A stretch of DNA of 15,610 nt, taken from NCBI GenBank assembly GCA_016840855.1, contig JAEORO010000246.1, positions 1-15,610 of the forward strand, read 5' to 3'. The notes beneath the pieces were generated by a model. It ran no database searches. It was not told the origin of the DNA and saw only the letters and a list, made by a program, of their open reading frames with translations. Shown piece by piece: positions 8,538 through 15,610 of the stretch (positions are counted from its first letter, which is position 1; every line of letters begins with the position of its first letter). The translations under genes and the position numbers were made by a program. This DNA comes from Candidatus Thorarchaeota archaeon (lineage in GTDB: Archaea > Asgardarchaeota > Thorarchaeia > Thorarchaeales > Thorarchaeaceae).

Positions 8538-11378
8538 ATGAAATTGGATTTCAAGAAGATTGTCGTTGTACCCCACACACATTGGGATAGAGAGTGGTAT
8601 CTGCCATTTCAGAGATTCAGATATATGCTAGTGGAATTGGTGGATGATCTTCTTGATATTCTAGCCAAACAAGATTACAGATTCACCTTAGATGGACAGA
8701 CAGTGGTTCTGGAGGATTATTTGGAGGTACGAGAAGAGCGAAGAAATGAATTGCTCCAACATATTCGTGACAGAAAAATCACAGTGGGTCCTTGGTACCT
8801 ACTACCAGACCAATGGCTTGTAGGTGGAGAGAGCCTTATTCGTAATATCGAGTTCAGCCATGATCTGGCTACGCAATTTAGTATTCCACAAATGATGATA
8901 GGATATTTGCCCGATATGTTCGGTCACTCGAATGCTATTCCACAAATACTTGGCGACCTTACAAACTTCAAGGCAGCTATTCTCTGGCGAGGAGTACCTC
9001 CTGACATTATGACGATATCATTTACTTGGAAGTCTCATCCTTCTTCTTTAGTTTCATTTCCAGTTGTGTATCTACCTGGGGGATATGGGAATGCTTCTAG
9101 GTTTGCTGAAGATTATGAAGAATTCACCGAGATGGTCAACAATGGAATATCTTCCCTAGAACCATTCTCCCCAGTTCCAGTGTATCTTTTGATGAATGGT
9201 TCAGATCATCTGTTCCCCCAAGCATTTGTGCAAAAAAATGTGGACCAAATGAAGAGTGAAGGTGTTGATATTTCATTAGGATCTCTTACTGATTATGTTG
9301 AGTATTTAGATAATGCAATCACAAAATCAGGCTATGAACGTCCTTTGTATGTCGGTGAATTTCGCTCTCCCGCTAGAGCACCACTTCTTCAAGATACTTA
9401 CTCTGCCAGAATGTGGATTAAGATTTGGAATCAGAAAGTCGAAGACATGTTGATTAGAAAAGTTGAGCCTGTGAGTACATATCTATGGCGTTCACTCGAT
9501 CAGGAATATCCAACTAGTTATTTGAAAACTGCTTGGAAATGGTTATTGAGAAATCACCCTCATGACTCAATATGCGGTTGTTCTATAGACCGCACTCACG
9601 AAGAGATGAAAGCGCGTTTCTCATGGGCAGAATCCATAGGAGAGAGTCTTATTCAGAATGCAACTAAGATTCTTGAACAGATGGGAAACGGAGCAGAATC
9701 CAATGAAACGAGTGTGCTTGTTTTCAGCTCAGGAGGAAGCTTAGATGCTCCAATTTACATTGAGTTTTCTGCACCAAAAGAGAAGGCAATCAATGGATTG
9801 CAAACACCCGACGGTACAATCTATGATATACAACGGTTAGAATCGAGAGATGATGTATTCTTTGAGATAACTGTTGGTATGAGAATGGCCAAGATGGGAT
9901 TTGGTCTATTACCTGGGAGGAAATTCATGAACTTCTACATCAATGATGTTGAGTTCTTTGATGGGGATGAACCAGGAGTCCTTGAGCTTCGATTTATCTC
10001 GGATGATCACCTTATAGGCGATCTAGATTGGGAGGAATTCAAAAGAACAGCTCGTGAGGTAATTGATAGTAAGAAGTACAAAAAGATACATCTCATTGCA
10101 GCTCGACCAACTCAAAATGTCTATGCCTCAGTAGTACCCCTACAACCATGGTCATTCACAAGACTTGTTCCTGTTGCAGAACCTCCAGATGCCAATGATG
10201 ATGGTCTGAAGATCTTTGGAAATCAAATTAGTAATCGTTTCTATTCAGTTTCGTTCAATAAGGATGGCACTCTAAGCGTCTTCGATAAAGAGCGAGGTAT
10301 AAGATATGATAGACTCCATATTTTTGAAGACTATGGAGACCGAGGTGATGAATATACATTCGGTAGAGTGGGCCCTGAAAAAGCAGACATTAGAAATGTA
10401 AAGCGACGTATTCTCAGTACAGGTCCAATCATTGCTGAGATTCGACAGGAGATGGAAATTGAACTATTCGCTTGCCTTGATGACTCAAGAGAGAAACGGA
10501 TTGGAAAGATTAGAGTCCCAGTCGAATCTACATTCAGATTCTATCGCGATACGCCTAGAGTTGAAGTTACAACTAAACTCACAAACGCTACAAAAGACCA
10601 TAGACTGAGGATCTGCTTCGATCTTCCATTCAAATCTGAGAGGTCCCAGACTGAAACTCATTTCGGTGTTGTGGAACGCAATGGTTCCCCAGAAAAGGTA
10701 CCAGAAACTGAAGTGCTAGAGAGGACACACTCTTCGTACTCAGAGATGCCTTCAGGAATTCAGCCACAAAAACGATTCATCAGAGTTGATGATGATCAAG
10801 GAAAAGGATCCATAACAGTCTTCAACACCGGTCTGCCAGAGGTCGAGCTTGTAAATAACAATCGAATTGCGATAACACTCGTTCGTTCAGTGGGATGGCT
10901 TTCAAGGGCAGATATCCCTGAGAGACCTATCCATGCAGGACCTGGTGAAGTTACACCAGGAGCTCAAGAAATAGGAACCGAGTATGAATATCAATATGGC
11001 TTCGCTATACACTCAAAAGAAGAGCCATTATGCACGAGTTCAGACATAGCAGATGCAGCCTCTGAAGACGCACTTGCTGTACACCTGAATAAATCTGATG
11101 TATACTCAAAACTACTTAATCCGATTATCAAAATTAATAACCCAAGCATAAGGATATCTTCTTTGAGGGAACGGGAAGGTGCGATTCTTGTAACGATGTT
11201 TAACATTGAAAGCAAGGAAATTACTGCTCTTCTCGAGCTCGAAGAGTCCTTATCGACCCTGATAGAGGTCAAGATTGATGGATCAAAGAAGCAGAAACAT
11301 ACAGTCAGTGAGGGATCTGTCAGTATAATCTTCATGCCTCGTGAAATCAAGATGTGTGTCCTGAAAGGTGATGAATAA
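8538..11378 (+). CDS. Glycoside hydrolase family 38 alpha-mannosidase (MngB/mannosylglycerate hydrolase-like subgroup)
   Basis: VVPHTHWDREWY (Zn ligands), FTLDGQT, VGPWY, GESLIRN, GYLPDMFGH (nucleophile Asp), NGSDH, NHPHDSICGCSID, DHRLR and ITLVRSVGWLSR. ATG at 8538 follows GGAG; the ORF-track start at 8433 overlaps the transporter. Confidence 0.93.
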   Translation: MKLDFKKIVVVPHTHWDREWYLPFQRFRYMLVELVDDLLDILAKQDYRFTLDGQTVVLEDYLEVREERRNELLQHIRDRKITVGPWYLLPDQWLVGGESLIRNIEFSHDLATQFSIPQMMIGYLPDMFGHSNAIPQILGDLTNFKAAILWRGVPPDIMTISFTWKSHPSSLVSFPVVYLPGGYGNASRFAEDYEEFTEMVNNGISSLEPFSPVPVYLLMNGSDHLFPQAFVQKNVDQMKSEGVDISLGSLTDYVEYLDNAITKSGYERPLYVGEFRSPARAPLLQDTYSARMWIKIWNQKVEDMLIRKVEPVSTYLWRSLDQEYPTSYLKTAWKWLLRNHPHDSICGCSIDRTHEEMKARFSWAESIGESLIQNATKILEQMGNGAESNETSVLVFSSGGSLDAPIYIEFSAPKEKAINGLQTPDGTIYDIQRLESRDDVFFEITVGMRMAKMGFGLLPGRKFMNFYINDVEFFDGDEPGVLELRFISDDHLIGDLDWEEFKRTAREVIDSKKYKKIHLIAARPTQNVYASVVPLQPWSFTRLVPVAEPPDANDDGLKIFGNQISNRFYSVSFNKDGTLSVFDKERGIRYDRLHIFEDYGDRGDEYTFGRVGPEKADIRNVKRRILSTGPIIAEIRQEMEIELFACLDDSREKRIGKIRVPVESTFRFYRDTPRVEVTTKLTNATKDHRLRICFDLPFKSERSQTETHFGVVERNGSPEKVPETEVLERTHSSYSEMPSGIQPQKRFIRVDDDQGKGSITVFNTGLPEVELVNNNRIAITLVRSVGWLSRADIPERPIHAGPGEVTPGAQEIGTEYEYQYGFAIHSKEEPLCTSSDIADAASEDALAVHLNKSDVYSKLLNPIIKINNPSIRISSLREREGAILVTMFNIESKEITALLELEESLSTLIEVKIDGSKKQKHTVSEGSVSIIFMPREIKMCVLKGDE

Positions 11379-11474
11379 TTGACGTTTAGGACATTCAATC
11401 CCTAGATATCTGTGACCCAACTTAAATACGATAATTTACTATTCCAATTAGATGAAAGAAAAGATGTGCTGGCA

Positions 11475-11933
11475 GTGAAATCCGTATTGGTCTTATTTTC
11501 ATATCACCACAAGAACACTGAGAAAATCGCGAACATCATCTCGAAGGTTCTCAACGCACAGATAGTGACACCAAATCAAGTCAATCCTGAAGATCTCCAA
11601 GAATATAGTCTTGTAGGTTTCGGTTCAGGGATATATAGTGGAAAACACCACAAGTCAGTTCTTGACCTTGCTGATCGATTACCACAAGTCGTTGACAAGA
11701 GAGCATTCCTTTTCTCAACCTGTACTTTGGGTCATGAAGTAGCTAAGAATCACACAACGCTTCGGGAAATATTACAATCAAAGGGTTATACCATAGTTGA
11801 TGAATTTGGATGTCCAGGCTTCAACACAAACAGTTTCACTAGATTCTTAGGAGGAGTGAATAAGGGAAGACCAAATGCTAAGGACTTTCAAGATGCAGAG
11901 AAGTTTGCTCAGAACTTACTACAGAACCTGTAA
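11475..11933 (+). CDS. Flavodoxin family protein
   Basis: SYHHKNTEKIA FMN loop, LVGFGSGIY, AFLFST, EFGCPGF and NKGRPNAKD..DAEKFA. GTG at 11475 fits the family N-terminus better than 11412. Confidence 0.88.
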   Translation: MKSVLVLFSYHHKNTEKIANIISKVLNAQIVTPNQVNPEDLQEYSLVGFGSGIYSGKHHKSVLDLADRLPQVVDKRAFLFSTCTLGHEVAKNHTTLREILQSKGYTIVDEFGCPGFNTNSFTRFLGGVNKGRPNAKDFQDAEKFAQNLLQNL

Positions 11934-12001
11934 TAGATACACAGGATTAATAACAGAGATATCCTAGGTCTTCTTTCTAGATTAATGAAGGAGCTTAAAT
12001 A

Positions 12002-12559
12002 ATGAATTCTAGCGAAGAGCTATTTGACGAAAAGCAGAAGAGATTTCTGAAAAGACATTGGAAAATGACAATAGTATTTGCTGCTGTCTTTGCAATCGCG
12101 GTGACCACAGCAGTTCTTGTATTTCTTTGGTTTGTTGAAATGGCACAAACAACCGCACTCGTGCCATCTACTCTTGGAGATTTCACTGTAGGGTATCTTA
12201 TCACATTCATTTTACATGTGATTTTTTGGGAACTTCTCTTTGTGGGAAGTTGGGTGCTTGTAATAGTCGTTGTGACATATATCAAATGGTACAATAAGCT
12301 TCCACAGGAAGAACGAATGAAAGAATCTAAACGTGGTACGCGTGAAGAAGGCGATGCTATTGGGTTCCTGATTGGAGTGTTTTGGTTGATTATTATTTGG
12401 ACCAGTGGTCGTTGGGACCTTGCATTTAACGCGTGGACATTAACTGACTGGGTAATCTCATGGTTAACTGCAGTTGGGTGGGTCTTTGTGGTCTTCGGCA
12501 TTCCTATTGCAATATACTTCGTTTATTGGATAATGAATGAGAAGAAACAAGAAGCCTAG
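12002..12559 (+). CDS. Hypothetical membrane protein (about 4 TM, Trp-rich)
   Basis: 185-aa ORF with SD AAGGAG at 11988-11993 and four hydrophobic segments split 2+2 by a charged loop. Confidence 0.8.
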   Translation: MNSSEELFDEKQKRFLKRHWKMTIVFAAVFAIAVTTAVLVFLWFVEMAQTTALVPSTLGDFTVGYLITFILHVIFWELLFVGSWVLVIVVVTYIKWYNKLPQEERMKESKRGTREEGDAIGFLIGVFWLIIIWTSGRWDLAFNAWTLTDWVISWLTAVGWVFVVFGIPIAIYFVYWIMNEKKQEA

Positions 12560-12573
12560 TCACTTCATGATTG

Positions 12574-12600
12574 GTAGGCTAGTCTTATGGCTAGCCCTAC
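12574..12600 (+). terminator. 3' stem-loop downstream of the 12002-12559 gene
   Basis: GTAG-GCTAGTC TTAT GGCTAGC-C-CTAC: 11 pairs including one G-U, plus a 1-nt bulge, 14 nt after the stop codon. Confidence 0.5.
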
Positions 12601-12780
12601 TGAATTTTCAATAATGAGGTTAGAAACATCGAACCAGCTAACACTACAAATCACCAGCAATGTTTCATAAATATCTAAGGTTCAGTTTCTTCTTATTGAT
12701 TTAATAGATTGGCATTCTGTTGTGGTTTTTGACGTGTGATTTATTACTAGTGCAGTTAGGCTTAATTAAGGTGCCAAGAA

Positions 12781-13713
12781 ATGAAAGCAATGGTAACCAC
12801 CAAATACGGACCACCCGAGGTTTTGCAGATTATAGAGAGAGATAAACCAGTTCCTAAAGCTAATGAAGTCTTGATCAAAATCAAAGCGACAACCGTGTCT
12901 ATGGGAGATGTGAAAATGCGAGGACTCAATCTTCCTATTGGACAAAAGATTGCAGCACGTCTTTTCTTAGGTTTTACAAAGCCAAGGAAGGACGTCCTTG
13001 GAATGGAGATAGCAGGTGAGATAGAGGAAGTTGGTGAAGAGGTTACGAAATTCAAGGTCGGTGACAAAGTCTTTGCATCAACTTTCTGGGTGGGTCTGGG
13101 TGGCTATGCAGAATACAAATGCATGCCTGAATATGATATCGTTGCAATCAAACCCTCAAACATGTCATTTGAGCAAGCAGTCCCAGTTCTCGGAGGTGGA
13201 TTGACCGCAGCGAAAGTTCTCAAGATTGCTGATATTCAGACTGGAAAAAAAGTGCTCATATATGGAGCCTCAGGAAATGTTGGCACCTATGCTGTCCAAA
13301 TTGCAAAATACCTTGGCGCAGAAGTAACTGGTGTGTGTAGTACCAGAAACGTGGAACTTGTCGAATCACTAGGAGCCGATAGAGTGATTGACTACAAGAC
13401 TGAGGACTTCAGTAAAAATGAAGAATCCTACGATGTAATTTTCGATGCTGTAGATATGCTCACTCCTGAGAAGTGGAAAGGGTCGTTGAAAGAATCAGGT
13501 ATTCATCTCAATGTCAACAAACACTCTGGAGGTGTTGGCAAAAGCAAGGACCATTTGGAATACATGCTCTTCCTAAAGGAGCTCATGGAAGAAGGCAAGT
13601 TGCAATCCGTTATCGACAAGACCTACGCTTTTGAACAGATTCCCGAGGCTCACAAATATGTAGAAACCGGACGTAAGAGAGGTTGCGTCGTTGTGACTGT
13701 GGATCTTGACTAG
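12781..13713 (+). CDS. NAD(P)-dependent medium-chain dehydrogenase/reductase, zinc-independent quinone-oxidoreductase-like subgroup
   Basis: MKA....[67 protein letters not shown] and SLGADRVIDY. Lacks the Cys/His ligands of zinc ADH. SD AGGTG at 12769-12773. Confidence 0.93.
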   Translation: MKAMVTTKYGPPEVLQIIERDKPVPKANEVLIKIKATTVSMGDVKMRGLNLPIGQKIAARLFLGFTKPRKDVLGMEIAGEIEEVGEEVTKFKVGDKVFASTFWVGLGGYAEYKCMPEYDIVAIKPSNMSFEQAVPVLGGGLTAAKVLKIADIQTGKKVLIYGASGNVGTYAVQIAKYLGAEVTGVCSTRNVELVESLGADRVIDYKTEDFSKNEESYDVIFDAVDMLTPEKWKGSLKESGIHLNVNKHSGGVGKSKDHLEYMLFLKELMEEGKLQSVIDKTYAFEQIPEAHKYVETGRKRGCVVVTVDLD

Positions 13714-13742
13714 CATCCTCGACAACAAGCCAGTCGAGGATG
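13714..13742 (+). terminator. Perfect 10-bp inverted repeat immediately after the MDR stop codon
   Basis: CATCCTCGAC-AACAAGCCA-GTCGAGGATG. Confidence 0.55.
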
Positions 13743-13744
13743 TT

Positions 13745-13927
13745 TCGCCATGGGGGTTCATAGCTGTTCTGTTAATGACCAACTTCAACGAATTTCTATA
13801 CTCGGGCATTGACCTAGGCATGGTAGTCAATCTCATTCTAGCCCTCCCAATTATTGCAAACGAAATATTCGTAGCAATTTGATTGATTGCCGAAGGTGTC
13901 AGTATTTCAGGAATTACTTCTGAATAA
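13745..13927 (+). pseudogene. 5'-truncated remnant of a DUF4386-like membrane protein gene with an internal nonsense codon
   Basis: Translates as SPWGFIAVLLMTNFNEFLYSGIDLGMVVNLILALPIIANEIFVAI*LIAEGVSISGITSE*. This aligns by eye with the C-terminus of 14446-15156 ([29 protein letters not shown]). TGA at 13880-13882 occupies the conserved Trp position. Confidence 0.72.
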
Positions 13928-13945
13928 AAAGCAGGCGAAAGATCA

Positions 13946-13979
13946 ATGTGAGGTTCCCCAGGATTCTGGGGACTCACAT
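13946..13979. terminator. Strong stem-loop between the convergent DUF4386 remnant and the DUF6326-like gene (possible bidirectional terminator)
   Basis: ATGTGAG-GT-TCCCCAG GATT CTGGGGA-CTCACAT: 14 Watson-Crick pairs with a 2-nt bulge, 11 nt from the minus-strand stop and 18 nt from the remnant's stop. Confidence 0.6.
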
Positions 13980-13990
13980 ATTTCTCATGA

Positions 13991-14377
13991 CTACTCTTCC
14001 TGATTTTGCCATTTCCACGCAAACCATACTATTAGGGCACAGAATAAAACATACCCTATTCCCATCACATTCTCATAGAGCGGTCGAGGCACGATGAATC
14101 CTATACCATCAATCACGATGAACAATAAGGCAATGATGATGTTCAACCATCGATTTGGTTTATACTTCAATTGCAAAGAAAGGAAAACCATCAAAATTGG
14201 AAGCAACATTAGTGCTCCCATAGCAGCCAGTAGTTCACTTGTCATTGGAACAGTGGTAGTTCCATTAATTATATCTTCCAGCACGCCGGGATCCATGAGG
14301 CGGATTACATCTCCTTGGATACCAGTTAGCATCCGTGCCACCCATAATACAGAGAGCTTGATTTTCACATCTTCCAT
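13991..14377 (-). CDS. DUF6326-like small membrane protein (about 4 TM)
   Basis: KIKLSVLWV..M.....D...LMDPGVLEDIING, P..MVFLSLQLKYKPNRWLNII and LIVWFAWKW match my recollection of DUF6326. SD AGGTG at 14385-14389. Confidence 0.8.
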   Translation of the reverse strand: MEDVKIKLSVLWVARMLTGIQGDVIRLMDPGVLEDIINGTTTVPMTSELLAAMGALMLLPILMVFLSLQLKYKPNRWLNIIIALLFIVIDGIGFIVPRPLYENVMGIGYVLFCALIVWFAWKWQNQEE

Positions 14378-14414
14378 CTATGTGCACCTGCAATTATCGA
14401 GTGGATGAAAGGGA

Positions 14415-14422
14415 TATATATA
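14415..14422. promoter_or_regulatory. Palindromic TATATATA box in the 68-bp divergent intergenic region
   Basis: It is the only TATA-like element between 14377(-) and 14446(+). It lies 23 nt before the plus-strand ATG and about 25 nt before the minus-strand SD. Confidence 0.6.
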
Positions 14423-14445
14423 GGGGTTTTGTAGCCTCCTTGAAA

Positions 14446-15156
14446 ATGGATTCAAATAAGAACACTCCCAAGTTTTTAGGAATTGCATATTTGATTCAGT
14501 TTATTGGTAGCTTGCTCAGTGATCCTTTGTCAAGTGCAGCGATAGGTGTAGGCAATACTGCAGAGAACCTCGTCAGTATCTCAAGTAATGTTCTATTTTT
14601 GAGAGCTGGCATTATCGCTGAGATTGTGACTGCCATCGGTATCATCGTCATGACGGTCTTACTCTTCATAGTTCTTCAGCATCAGAACAAAACACTTGCA
14701 TTAGTAGCTTTGAGCTTCTGGTTGATTGAAGCCAGCTTTCTTGTCTTCAGCAGCCTAGCTGCAAATGCTTTGATTCCTCTGAGTCAGGAGTATGTGTTAG
14801 CAGGTTCCCCTGATCCATCTGTGATGATTACTCTTGGGACAATATTACTAGAGACGAAGGAGTTCTGTTATGCAATCCATATGTTGTTCTTTGGCTTGGG
14901 TGGTATTCTTTGGTACTATATGTTCTACAAGTCCCAGTATATACCAAGAGCTCTAGCTCTTTGGGCTCTGGTGCTAATGCCTCTTATGCCAATCGATGTC
15001 TTGCTATTCCTTCTAGGAATTGGACTTGATTCTATCTTGAGGATGGCAATATTGTTTCCCCTAATCGCGTATCTACCGTATGAGGGAATATTAGGAATCT
15101 GGTTTATTGTCAAAGGCATAGACGATAGTGGTTCAGAAAAGAAACAAGGTGAATAA
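14446..15156 (+). CDS. DUF4386-like multi-pass membrane protein
   Basis: [53 protein letters not shown]....[15 protein letters not shown] and [15 protein letters not shown] at 14446 is the likely start; 14380 abuts the divergent gene. Confidence 0.85.
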   Translation: MDSNKNTPKFLGIAYLIQFIGSLLSDPLSSAAIGVGNTAENLVSISSNVLFLRAGIIAEIVTAIGIIVMTVLLFIVLQHQNKTLALVALSFWLIEASFLVFSSLAANALIPLSQEYVLAGSPDPSVMITLGTILLETKEFCYAIHMLFFGLGGILWYYMFYKSQYIPRALALWALVLMPLMPIDVLLFLLGIGLDSILRMAILFPLIAYLPYEGILGIWFIVKGIDDSGSEKKQGE

Positions 15157-15158
15157 AG

Positions 15159-15610
15159 ATGAAAGCTGTGGTTTTTGAAAAATACGGACCTCCCGAGGTC
15201 CTTCAATTGAAAGAGATCGAGAAACCAATCCCAAAGGAAAATGAAGTACTCATAAAGATACATGCAACATCAGTGACTGCCGCTGACTGGCGTATGCGAA
15301 AGCCTGATCCTTTTCTGGCAAGAATGATGAATGGTTTGTTTGGCCCGAAGAAATTCAATATTCTAGGTATCGAATTAGCTGGAGTGGTTGAAGCAGTTGG
15401 CGAAGAAGTAACTAAGTTCAAACCTGGTGATGAGGTATTTGGAAGCACTGGATTCGGCTTTGGTGCCTATGCCGAGTATGTATGTATACCTGAAGATGCT
15501 CGTAGTAGTGATGATGGCGGCATCACACATAAACCAACCAATCTTACCTTCGAGGAATCAGCTGTCATCCCTGTTGGTGCGGACACAGCTTTGTTCTTCC
15601 TTAGAACTCA
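15159..15610 (+). CDS. Second zinc-independent MDR oxidoreductase, paralog of 12781-13713; partial, runs off the right edge
   Basis: Manual translation [107 protein letters not shown].. is open to the edge. SD AGGTGA at 15147-15152 lies inside the upstream gene, 2 nt gap. Not in the ORF track. Confidence 0.92.
   Translation, partial: MKAVVFEKYGPPEVLQLKEIEKPIPKENEVLIKIHATSVTAADWRMRKPDPFLARMMNGLFGPKKFNILGIELAGVVEAVGEEVTKFKPGDEVFGSTGFGFGAYAEYVCIPEDARSSDDGGITHKPTNLTFEESAVIPVGADTALFFLRT

Noticed and set aside
12601-12780. Possible small gene or ncRNA in the gap before MDR-1
   Set aside because: The frames I read gave only short, motif-free peptides and I saw no convincing structure. It looks like AT-rich promoter DNA.
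13711-13813. TAG followed immediately by a hairpin as a possible pyrrolysine readthrough signal
   Set aside because: The MDR domain is already complete (RGCVVVTV), the readthrough peptide is featureless, and it is in a different frame from the DUF4386 remnant.
13880-13882. TGA at a conserved Trp position as evidence of recoding (Trp or Sec)
   Set aside because: TGA is the normal stop for the kinase and hydratase genes, Trp is TGG in the intact genes, and the fragment lacks its 5' part. A nonsense mutation is the simpler explanation.
1987-15448. Short antisense or off-frame ORFs (1987-2379, 2577-2819, 5111-5308, 5759-5959, 5990-6265, 8155-8466, 8382-8582, 10991-11398, 11995-12501, 12762-13067, 13573-14022, 14094-14408, 14925-15263, 15203-15448)
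   Set aside because: All overlap confidently assigned genes and show no recognisable motifs. The resemblance between 12762-13067 and 15203-15448 simply mirrors the MDR paralogy on the opposite strand.
1-15610. CRISPR array, tRNA/rRNA, IS element or integrase
   Set aside because: No spaced direct repeats, cloverleaf, terminal inverted repeats or transposase/integrase motifs were seen by eye.

Overview
The window is gene-dense prokaryotic DNA that looks archaeal. It has GGAGGTG/AGGTGA ribosome-binding sites and TATA boxes about 24 nt before starts, and the gene mix is reminiscent of Asgard/Thorarchaeota (inference). From left to right it holds: a secreted protein of more than 617 aa with three tandem class-I GATase-like (DUF4350/GIFT-type) domains, running off the left edge and absent from the ORF track; a membrane-anchored FAM173/aKMT-like methyltransferase; an SPL-like radical SAM enzyme; an orphan TPR + putative OB + split-zinc-site protein; an APH/ACAD10-11-N-like kinase divergent from an enoyl-CoA hydratase; a GPH/MelB-type sugar transporter with a GH38 alpha-mannosidase; a flavodoxin; and a 4-TM orphan. 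The right end carries an uncharacterised module: zinc-independent MDR oxidoreductase, a hidden DUF4386-like pseudogene remnant, a DUF6326-like membrane protein (-), a DUF4386-like membrane protein (+) and a second MDR (partial). The two divergent membrane genes appear to share one palindromic TATA box, and three strong 3' hairpins lie in or just upstream of this module. No RNA genes, CRISPR array or mobile element were seen. All family names come from motif recognition by eye, not from database searches.
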